A DNA stretch of 64,000 nt from positions 113,367-177,366 of the forward strand of contig CAIXGW010000016.1 of NCBI GenBank assembly GCA_903919145.1, written 5' to 3'. The translations under genes were made by a program, and so were the position numbers. Source of the stretch: an uncultured Myxococcales bacterium (GTDB lineage Bacteria; Myxococcota_A; UBA9042). Numbering within the stretch: the stretch's first letter is position 1; each line of letters opens with the position of its first letter. The notes under the pieces are model-generated. The model did not search any database and was not told where the DNA came from. It saw only the letters and a program-made list of their open reading frames with translations. Positions 37,632 to 46,471 of this stretch are shown here, one piece after another.

Positions 37632-38405
37632 GTGACTGCTTGGGCCGCATTGATGGCACAGGCCCGCCAGCTGGGGCTGAGTTGCCCTGCGCCCACCGCC
37701 GAATGGCTTGAGCGCTGGCCGTGTGACCTCAGCGACCGGATGGCCGCGCTGCTGGCGGACGGCTGGCCCCAGGCGGCGCTTGAGCTTGGAAGTTCTACAG
37801 TTTTTGGTGATCCGGCGCAGCTGGTCGCTGGCCTGGGCACCGACTGGCCGCCGCATTTGCTGCCGCTGGCCCGCCGCGGTGCCGAAGCGCTGGGCTGGGA
37901 CGCCAGGCTGGACCGGGTGATGGTGCTGAGCACTGGACAGCTCCGCTGCGAATACCCTAGCCTGGATGAATGGTTGACTCTTGTCACGGCCTGGCTACAG
38001 CTGGCAGGAAGGGCGCCGCTGGCCCAGGCTGGGGCGTGGACGGCGGTGGACTCCAAGACGTGGGCGCGCCTGGCCCAGGGGCTGCCTGCGGCGCTGCTGC
38101 AGAGCTGGACGCTGACCGCCACCGCAGGAGCCGAGCAGGTGGCCGAGCGGCTGCGCCAAGAGCGGCGGCAGGCCCTGGCTACTGCGCGTTGGGCAGGAGT
38201 TGTGGTGGGCGTGGCGCCGCTTGGCGGCTGGTTTCTTGGGGCTGCCCAGGACCCGCCACAGCCGGCGCTGGCCGCGGGGCTGGCGGCGCTGGTGGTGGGC
38301 GGCGCGCCGACCCTGCTGATGGGCCAGGCGATGAAGAGGGCCCGCCAACTGACGGTACAGTTGCAGCAAGTGCAGGACCTGGATCGGCCGCCGGCCAGGG
38401 ACTGA
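37632..38405 (+). CDS. hypothetical protein with C-terminal TM helices
   Basis: 257 aa, protein-like composition, no recognisable motif. Confidence 0.4.
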   Translation: MTAWAALMAQARQLGLSCPAPTAEWLERWPCDLSDRMAALLADGWPQAALELGSSTVFGDPAQLVAGLGTDWPPHLLPLARRGAEALGWDARLDRVMVLSTGQLRCEYPSLDEWLTLVTAWLQLAGRAPLAQAGAWTAVDSKTWARLAQGLPAALLQSWTLTATAGAEQVAERLRQERRQALATARWAGVVVGVAPLGGWFLGAAQDPPQPALAAGLAALVVGGAPTLLMGQAMKRARQLTVQLQQVQDLDRPPARD

Positions 38406-38436
38406 GCAGCCCCCCCGAAGGCCCCTTGGAGGAAGC

Positions 38437-41400
38437 ATGACCCGGTGGATCTCTATGGCAGCAGTGGGGTTGTTGGCAGTAGCGACAACGGCGGCTGCGA
38501 CTGCGGCCCTGGCGACCGGCCACGAGCAGCTACCGGGGACGTGGCGCGAAGTGCGCCGCCAAGTCGAGGGGCAGCGCGCCGACGTGTGGCTGGATCTGCC
38601 AGCCGGCTGGTTTGGGCCCCAGGGTCTGGACGAGCTGCACCTGGAGGCCCTGCAGCGCCGCTATCTGGCCGTCATCGGCGAGCCACCAGAGCAGAGCCTG
38701 CCGGTGCACGCACCCTGGCTGGGGGCTGGCTATGTCCTGGAAAGTCAGCAACAGCCTGGGGATCTGGACCGGCCGCCGGCCCTGCCGGATCAGGTGCGCC
38801 ACGTGGAGTTGTGGGGGCGCTTGCCTCAGCGGGTGTCGCGGCTGGCTGTGCGGCCGGGGCAGTGGACGCGGCTGGTGCAGCTGGTGGCGGACCCCGAGCC
38901 AGTACCGCGCCGACCTTGGGAAAAGCCGCTGCCGGCGGCGCCGGTGGCATCGACCCTGGATGGCGACACGCTGCCCACCCAGGGCAAAGGCTTTCTGAGC
39001 GGCAAGACGGTCTACCTCAGCCCAGGCCATGGCTTTACCTGGACGCAGAACCTGAACCGTTGGGCGACCCAGCGGGGCAACACCCACAACTTGGTAGAGG
39101 ATTTGCTCAACGCTGAGGCAGCCTTTCACTACCTGGTGCCCATGCTGCGCAACGCCGGCGCCCAGGTTGTCACGATGCGCGAGCGCGACCTCAACAGCGC
39201 CGAAGCTGTGGTCGACGACGCCAGCGCCAAGGCCGCCAACGGCAGTGGCTACTCGGAGATCAGCGGCAACTGGCAGGCCGGCACCATCCCCGGCTTTGCC
39301 GCAAAGGCCACGGTGCAGGGCAGCGACAATCCCTTTGTGTTGGGCAGCTATCGGGCCGCCAAGGCCACCGCCGGTGTCGCGACCGCCGCTGCTCAGTTTG
39401 TCCCGTCTGTTCCCACCACCGGGCGCTACGCCGTCTACGTCACTTGGACCGCCAGCGCCAACCGGGTGCCCGACGCCCACTATGAAGTCCGCCACCTGGG
39501 CGGCAGCAGCCATGTGCGCCTGGACCAGACCAAGCACGGCGGCACCTGGGCATGGCTGGGCTATTTCAGTTTTGCCGCGGGCGTCGACCCCAGCAAGGGC
39601 TCGATCGTCTTGCACAATGACACCCTGAGCGGGCTTGCCGACCGCTACGTCATCGCCGACGCTGTGCGCTTTGGCGGCGGCATGGGCAGCGTGGAGCGCG
39701 GCACTGGCAAGCCTCCGGCGGCCGGACCCAATTCTGGTAGGCCGCGCTGGGAAGAAAGTTGCAGGACGTACGCACAGTTTTCTGGAGCACCGTCTTCGGT
39801 GTGGGACTACTCTTCGGACGACCCCAGCGACGACGTCTCCTGCCGCAGCCGCATGGCCGCCTGGCACCACGAAGAGGGCGAGGACGCGATCTTTCTGAGC
39901 TGGCACACCAACGCCCCGTCGCCGGCCCGCGGCACTTCGACCTATGTCTATGGCCCCAACGCTCCCGATGGAAGCTACGACTTCACCGGTACCAAGGGGT
40001 CTGACGCTTTTGGCAAGCTGGTGCAGAAAGTCATGGTGGCCGACATCAAGGCCCTGTGGGACCCGGCTTGGAAGGACCGTGGCGTCTACACCGCCTACTT
40101 TGGCGAGATCAATCCCAAGCACAACAATGAGATGCCTTCCGCCCTGGTCGAGGCGGCCTTTCACTCGACCAAGGAGGACGCCGACCAGCTGCGCGAGCCG
40201 CGCTTTCGCCACCTGCTGGCCCGCTCGCTGTACAAGGCCATTGCCCAGTACTTTGCCGACCGCGACAAGGTGCCGCTGCAGCTGCTGCCAGAGCCGCCCC
40301 AGGCCGTGCAGATGGTGCGGACCGCCGCGGGGACGGCCCAGGTACAGTGGCAGCCGGGACCGACGGGCAGCGTCTACGGCCAGGCGCCCACCAGCTACCT
40401 GGTGCAATTGTCTAAGGATGGTCTTGGTTTTGACGAGGGTACCCCTGCGACGGGCACCAGCGTTGTGGTACCGCTGCCGGCGGGCGCCCAGCCGCTGTTT
40501 GCCCGGGTGGTGGCCATCAATCTTGGCGGGGCGAGCCTGCCGTCGGCGGTGGTGGGCGCGGTCGAGGGCTGTGCCGGCGCGCCGCGGGCCTTGGCGGTGC
40601 AGGGCTTTACGCGCCTGGACTCGGCCCTGGCCCCGGTGGACGACCTGAGCGCCTACTCTCTGGCCAGTGTCCAGCGGCTGCGCCAGAGCAAGATGAACAC
40701 CTATGACTATCTGGTCGCCCACGTCCAGGGCCTGGCGGCTGCGGGGCTGGGCGTCGACAGCGCCGAGAGGCTGGCGGTGACCCCGGCGCTGCTGGCGGGC
40801 CACGCGCTGGTCGACTGGGCGGCGGGAGAAAACTCAAGCATTGAAGGGATCTTTGATGCAGCCGCCAAGCAGGCCATGACCGATTGGCTGCAGGGCGGCA
40901 GCGGCCGCAGCTGGTGGCTCAACGGCGCCGAGGTTCTATGGACGCTGGAAGCCAAAGGCGGCCCGGCAGGCGGCGACTGGCTGGAGACCTGGTTTGGCGC
41001 GCGCTATGGCAGCGATGACGCGGGGATCTACACAGTGCAGGGCGCGGCAGGCATCGCCGGGTCGTGGAACTTTGACGATGGCACCGGTGCGGCGTACCAC
41101 GTCGACTTCCCCGATGTGCTATTGCCCAAGGCTTCGGCAACTATATTGAACTACGCCAGCGGCAAGGGGGTGGCGGCGACGCTGAACCAGCTGCCCAACA
41201 AGTCCAACGCCTTGCTGCTGGGTGTGCCGCTGGAAACGGTCTATCCGCTGCCGGCCCGCCAGGAGCTATTTGCCAAGCTGGTGGCAGCGTCTCTGCCGAC
41301 CACCACCTGCCCGGGCGGCACCGGCGCGGACGCGGGGTCCACGGACGCCGCCGCCGACGTGGGGCTCCCTGACGCCGGGGGAGACGACGCGGGGCCGGCC

Positions 41401-41730
41401 GACGGCGCAGAGTCGGATAGCACGGGTGGTTCTGACGGGACCCAGGACGACGCTGCAGGAGTCGACGGCGCCGGACCTGACGCCGGCTCTGGCGATGGCG
41501 CACCAGCAGACAGCCCTGGTGCCGACGTCGCGCCTGGGGATTTGGCCACCGTGGACGCCGCCGCCGACAGTGTCGCCAAGCCGCTCCCTGTGGCCCCCGC
41601 CCCCGTGGACGATGGCTGCCAAGCGGCGCGCCGCAGCGGGCACGGCGACGCGGCGGTGCTGCTTGGACTGCTGGCCTTGGGCACTCTGCAGGCTCGGCGG
41701 CGGCGGGTGGGGGCATGGCCCTGTGGCTGA
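38437..41730 (+). CDS. large secreted cell-wall amidase-domain protein (embedded Amidase_3 / N-acetylmuramoyl-L-alanine amidase domain) with MYXO-CTERM-like sorting tail
   Basis: 1097 aa with signal peptide. The central region SWHTNAPSPARGTSTYVYGPNAP...AFGKLVQKVMVADIKALWDPAWKDRGVYTAYFGEINPKHNNEMPSALVEAAFHSTKEDADQLREPRFRHLLARSLYKAIAQYF matches Amidase_3 (AmiC-type) motifs. There is an Asp/Gly-rich acidic region. The C-terminal ...DDGCQAARRSGHGDAAVLLGLLALGTLQARRRR is a Cys + hydrophobic + Arg cluster. Confidence 0.75.
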   Translation: MTRWISMAAVGLLAVATTAAATAALATGHEQLPGTWREVRRQVEGQRADVWLDLPAGWFGPQGLDELHLEALQRRYLAVIGEPPEQSLPVHAPWLGAGYVLESQQQPGDLDRPPALPDQVRHVELWGRLPQRVSRLAVRPGQWTRLVQLVADPEPVPRRPWEKPLPAAPVASTLDGDTLPTQGKGFLSGKTVYLSPGHGFTWTQNLNRWATQRGNTHNLVEDLLNAEAAFHYLVPMLRNAGAQVVTMRERDLNSAEAVVDDASAKAANGSGYSEISGNWQAGTIPGFAAKATVQGSDNPFVLGSYRAAKATAGVATAAAQFVPSVPTTGRYAVYVTWTASANRVPDAHYEVRHLGGSSHVRLDQTKHGGTWAWLGYFSFAAGVDPSKGSIVLHNDTLSGLADRYVIADAVRFGGGMGSVERGTGKPPAAGPNSGRPRWEESCRTYAQFSGAPSSVWDYSSDDPSDDVSCRSRMAAWHHEEGEDAIFLSWHTNAPSPARGTSTYVYGPNAPDGSYDFTGTKGSDAFGKLVQKVMVADIKALWDPAWKDRGVYTAYFGEINPKHNNEMPSALVEAAFHSTKEDADQLREPRFRHLLARSLYKAIAQYFADRDKVPLQLLPEPPQAVQMVRTAAGTAQVQWQPGPTGSVYGQAPTSYLVQLSKDGLGFDEGTPATGTSVVVPLPAGAQPLFARVVAINLGGASLPSAVVGAVEGCAGAPRALAVQGFTRLDSALAPVDDLSAYSLASVQRLRQSKMNTYDYLVAHVQGLAAAGLGVDSAERLAVTPALLAGHALVDWAAGENSSIEGIFDAAAKQAMTDWLQGGSGRSWWLNGAEVLWTLEAKGGPAGGDWLETWFGARYGSDDAGIYTVQGAAGIAGSWNFDDGTGAAYHVDFPDVLLPKASATILNYASGKGVAATLNQLPNKSNALLLGVPLETVYPLPARQELFAKLVAASLPTTTCPGGTGADAGSTDAAADVGLPDAGGDDAGPADGAESDSTGGSDGTQDDAAGVDGAGPDAGSGDGAPADSPGADVAPGDLATVDAAADSVAKPLPVAPAPVDDGCQAARRSGHGDAAVLLGLLALGTLQARRRRVGAWPCG

Positions 41731-41780
41731 AGGTGGAGCTCTGCCGGCTCTCCGCGAATTCCCCAACAGCGACAGCGATC

Positions 41781-41795
41781 TAACATTGGGTCAGG
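41781..41795 (+). repeat. solo REP-like motif copy: taacattgggtcagg
   Basis: Intergenic, 50 nt after the stop of the 38437-41730 gene. 15/15 identical to the core at 53683 and 54655. Confidence 0.6.
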
Positions 41796-42080
41796 GTATG
41801 ACGGCCACTGCCACGGTCGCATAGCCAGGGGCGTTGCCTCCATCGAGGACCAGCCAAACCCGCCTGGGATGGGCAGCCAGCTGCGACGGGGCGGCGAAGG
41901 TGGCGGGGCGGGCACAGCGTTGCACGCAGGATGCTTTCAGCCAGTAGGTCGATGCTTGGGGGTGTGCCGGGCCAAACACTAGCACTGGCGCGGAGATAAC
42001 ATAGCCTTGGGCAATGTTGGAGCGCTTGACGCTGGCCCAACGCAGGGCGCAAAATAGCCGGAATTGCCGCCGAGGTTGCC

Positions 42081-45000
42081 ATGCCTGCATCCCCTATGCC
42101 GCGTTTCCGCTCGCCGGGCTGGATACGCCGTTTGTTGCCGGCGCTGCTGGTTGTTGCCGCGGGTGGCTGTGGCTCCGACGACGCGGTTCAAGGCCTGGTG
42201 GATCAAGATGCCAGCATCGACGCGACTGCCGATAGCGCCGTGGACAGCCAGGGTAGTGGGAAGTGCTGAAAAGTAAAGGAGGACTGTCCGGCCGCAGCGG
42301 CGGCGTGCCAGGCGGCGCAGTACCACCCGAGCTTGGGCTGCCTGCTGGTGGCCGTACCTGACGGCACCATCTGCAACGACGGCAACGCCTGCACGGCCAG
42401 CGACCTGTGCCTGGCGGGAACCTGCAAGGCGGGCACCGCGGCCGACTGTGGCGACGGTGACCCCTGCACCAGCGACAGCTGCGACGGCGCCAAAGGCTGC
42501 CAGCATGGCCCCGCCGCCGACGGCACCGCCTGCTCTGACGGCGACCCGTGTACCGACGCCGACAGCTGCGCTCAGGGAAAGTGTTTGGCCGGCAAGGGCA
42601 TCTGCGGCTGCAAGTCCAACGCGGAGTGCCAAGACGACGGCAACCTCTGCAATGGCGTGCCGTACTGCGACAAGTCCAACCCTACGGCGCCCAAGTGCCT
42701 GACCAATCCGGCTACGGTGGTCTACTGCCCTGGCGGCTTTGACACAGCCTGCCTCAAGAAGGCCTGCGAACCCAGCAGCGGCACCTGCGCCCCGACGCCG
42801 ATCGAGCTGGCCGTTCAGACCTGCACAGGCGCCAACAGCTGAATCTAGATGAAGAATCAAGGCGGAGCTCCCGTGCCCAAGGTCATTGCCTGCGACGACG
42901 GCAACAAATGCAGCGACGGCGACCTGTGCAAGAACGGCAAATGCAGCGGCGAAGCCAAGAACTGCAGCGACGAGACGGCTTGTACCGCGGACACCTGTGA
43001 CCCGCTGGCTGGCTGCAAGAACTCTCCGCAGACCAGCCTGTGCGACGACCTGGACACCTGCACCGCCGACAGCTGCAGTGCGGTGGCAGGCTGCATCCAC
43101 AAGGCCCTGACCGGCGGCTGTGACGACGCCAGCCCGTGCACCAGCGGCGATACCTGCGGCGCCGGCGGCTGCATTGGCAAGCCGGTGATCTGCGATGACA
43201 AGAACCCCTGCACCGACGATTCCTGCGAAACGACAGAAGGTTGTGTGAGCCTGCCCAACGCCGCGACCTGCAGCACCGGCGAGGCCTGCGCGCCGCTGGG
43301 GCAGTGCGGCGGTGGCATTTGCGCGGCGCTGCCCCCTCCGCTGGGTATCGCCTTGGTGGACGGGGTGGGTACAGACAAGCCCGCCCAGCTGCTGGCCTAA
43401 GACCTCAATGCGGCTTGGCTGGTGGGCTCGACCTCCTCTGGCGCCAAGGGGCCGAGTGACGTGTGGCTGGTCAAGCTGGCGGCGGGCGGTGGCGTGGCCG
43501 GCGAGGTGCTGGTCGGCGCGGAAGGCGAGGAGACTGCGGCTGCGGCGGTGAGCACCGGCGGCGGTGGCGCGCTGGTGGTGGGTTCGGTCAAACCCGGGCC
43601 CCTGGGTGGGCAAGACGCCTTCTTGGTGCGCTTTGGCGCCGATGCGACGGTGGTCTGGAAGCAGGTGGCTGGCGAGGCGGCCGATGACGCTGCCCTGGCG
43701 GTGGCGCTGTTTGGCAAAGACGAGGCGTGGATTGCCGGCAGCTCGCAGCAAAAAGGGCTGACGCTGCCCTGGGTCACGCGCGTTTCGGCGGTGGGTACTG
43801 TGCTGTGGCAGAAGCCGCTGGCCGGCGCGGCCGGGGTGGCGCGGGCGGTGGCGGCAATTCCCGGTGGCGGCGCCTGGCTGGCCGGAGAGCGCCTGGATCC
43901 CGCCGGCAAGCCAGTGTGGTGGGCCGCGCGGTTGGCTGCCGACGGCAAAATCCTGTGGGAGTGCGGCCTCTCTGCGCTGACGGGCTCTGCCAACGCCGTG
44001 GTCGTAATGGCCGATGGCGGCGCGCTATTGGCCGATTGGCAGGGGGCTGGCTTTGAGGATGCGCGGGCGGCCAGGGTCGATGGCGCGGGCAAGGTCTTGT
44101 GGGACAAGCTGTTTGGCGGTGCTGGCGGCGCCTGGTTTGGCCAGCTGACCTTGGCCGAGGCGCAGACTGTGCGCTTTGCCGGCCAGCGCGAAGTCGACGG
44201 CACGTGGCACGCCTGGGTCGGAGGGCTGGACCTGGGGGGGGCAGCCGGTGTGGGACCGCACCCCGGTGCAGGCCAGCAGCGGTGGGGCCGTGACGGTCGC
44301 AGCGCTGAGCTCTGGCTACCTGACGCTGGCTGCGGGCTGGGCCGATGCGACGACCAAGGGCGGGGCAGTGCGAGTCGTCCGGGCCGACCCGTGGGGCTAT
44401 GCCACCTGCCAGGCCCAGGGCGACTGCGCCGGCAAGACCACCCAGGTGTGCGACGACGCCAATCCGTGCACCAACGACACCTGCTTTGCCCTGCTGGGCT
44501 GTTCGCACCAGCTCAACGCTTTGGCTTGCGACGACTGCAATCCTTGCACAGAGAACGACCTCTGCGACGCCGGGCAGTGCGCGGGAGACGGCCAGGGCAC
44601 CTGCGACGACGGCAACCCCTGCACCCAAGACCTGTGCAACCTCAGCGGCGGCTGCAGCCACACCCCGCTGACCGGCGGCTGCAGTGACGGCAACTTCTGT
44701 ACCCTCAAGGACCAGTGCGCAGGAGGCTTCTGCAAGCCCGGGCTGCTGGACGGCTGCGACGACAGCAATACGTGCACCGACGACAGCTGCCTGCCAAGCA
44801 AGGGCTGCCAGCATCTGCCCAACAGCAGCGACTGCCAGTCGGGCAACTGCACCTATGCCGACAGCTGCATCAAGGGGGCTTGCGTTTCTTCCGCCAAGGC
44901 GGGCTTTGTAGACCAGTGGTACGGCACGGCGGTGGCCGAGCGGCCGCGCAAGCTCGCGCAGATCGGTCAGGAGGGATTCTGGTTGGTGGGAGACAGCTAC

Positions 45001-46347
45001 GAGCTCAGCAGCGCCGACGGCTACCTGGTGCGAACGGATGCCAACGGCGCCGCCTTGTCCAAAGCGGTGGTCAAGCCCTCTTTTGGCAATTCGGTGGGCG
45101 CCGACTACCTGACCGGCGTGGTTGCCACCTCCTTTGGCGCGATGATCGCAGGCGGTACAGGCAGTTGTCAGCAGCGCGGCTGGATCTTGCGCGTCGACCC
45201 CAGCGGCAAAGAGGTGTGGTCCAAGCCCTATAGCCACGACAACGGCCACTCCTGTACGCCTGGCGCCAACACGGGATTCTTCTATGACATCGCCGATGGC
45301 CAAGACGGCAGCCGGGCCGCCGTGGGCTGGCTGCACGGCTACCCGTGGACCAATGACGTGCTGCAGGCCTGGGTGGTACGGGTCGACAAAGACGGCGTGA
45401 TGCTCACCAACAACCTCTTTCACAAGGGGGCAGCGATCTTCTATGGCGTGGCGCCCTTGGGGGGCCAAGGCTATGCCGCGGTGGGCGCCACCCAAGAGAC
45501 CACTGCGGGCGGCTGGGATGACTTGGTAAGCCAGCTTGGCGCCAATGGATCGGCGCTGTGGCACAAGAAGCTGGGCGGCACCGGCAACGACTACCTGGTC
45601 GAGGCCGAGGCTGCGCCAGACGGCGGTGTCTATGCCGCGGGACGGAGCGCCTCGGGCGGTGCGGGCAATGACGACGGCTGGGTAGTCCGCCTGGACGTTG
45701 CCGGCAATTTGCTGTGGCAGCGAACCTACGGCGGTGGCCAAAATGACGGGTTGAGCGGCATCAGTGTGATGCCCGGCGGCGGGGTGGTCGTGGCCGGCGA
45801 CACCTACAGCAAAGGCAAGGGCGGCGCGAACTTGTGGCTGGTAGGCCTGGATCCCGCTGGCAACGTGCACTGGGAGCGGGTGCAGGGCTCGGCCAGCGAC
45901 GACGTCATCCAAGCGCTGGTCCCCTTGACTGGTAGTGGCCTGGCCGCCGCTGCCTATGGCACACCGCCCAAAGCGGCGGCCCACGACTTCCGCTTGTTAG
46001 TGTTGGACAACTTTGGCCACTTCTCCTGCAGCGAAGCAGGCAGCTGTTTTGGCAAGGTGCTGGCGGAGTGCAGCGACGGCCAGGTATGCACGGCGGACGA
46101 CTGCAACGCTACCAGCGGCTGCACGGTCAGCGCGGCTACGTGGCCTTGCAGCGACGGAGACGCCTGCACCGAGAAGGAAAGCTGCCAAGGAGCCACCTGC
46201 GCGGGCGGCGGGCCCGTGGCCTGCGATGACAAGAACCCATGCACCAAGGACAATTGCGACAAGGTCAAGGGCTGCATCGCCGAACCCGTGGCCAATGGCA
46301 CCTCCTGCGGCACCGGAAAGACCTGCACTTTGGGCATCTGCAAATAG
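42081..46347 (+). pseudogene. disrupted giant lipoprotein gene (signal peptide + cysteine-rich repeats + beta-propeller-like repeats + cysteine-rich repeats), interrupted by four in-frame stops and a +1 frameshift in a G8 tract
   Basis: ORFs 42081-42269, 42333-42842, 42849-43400 and 43422-44241 are all in the same frame. They are separated only by TGA (42267), TGA (42840)/TAG (42846) and TAA (43398), with protein-like readthrough. Only the first has a signal peptide (LLVVAAGGCGS). At G8 (44234-44241) the coding frame shifts +1 into ORF 44176-46347. The repeat unit spanning the shift reads ...TWHAWVGGLDLGG|QPVWDRTP..., matching sister repeats (ANLWLVGLDPAGNVHWERV). Confidence 0.55.
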
Positions 46348-46471
46348 CGGCACGGGCCCCGCAACATGAATTCGCTGGCGTGCGCTGCCCTGCCAGGTGG
46401 GGCGCCAGGACGCCCACTGCGAATTGGGCGAACCAATCACGATCTGCTGAGAGTACAAGCGGGAGAAGGCG

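Noticed and set aside
38530-40803. 757-aa minus-strand ORF
   Set aside because: Antisense to the amidase-domain gene (the plus strand has the Amidase_3 signature). No motifs.
42267-42269. In-frame TGA after ...GSGKC, considered as possible selenocysteine recoding in a Cys-rich protein
   Set aside because: No convincing SECIS-like hairpin immediately downstream. The same gene has two further stop sites, one a double TGA..TAG, plus a frameshift. Decay or sequence error is therefore far more parsimonious.
41979-43751. 590-aa minus-strand ORF
   Set aside because: Antisense to the cysteine-rich repeat gene. G/A/R-rich low-complexity translation typical of high-GC artefacts, with no motif. The plus strand carries recognisable disulfide repeats.
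43774-45984. 736-aa minus-strand ORF
   Set aside because: Antisense to the 44176-46347 repeat lipoprotein. Composition is junk-like (Ala/Arg/Gly/Pro). The plus strand is clearly coding.
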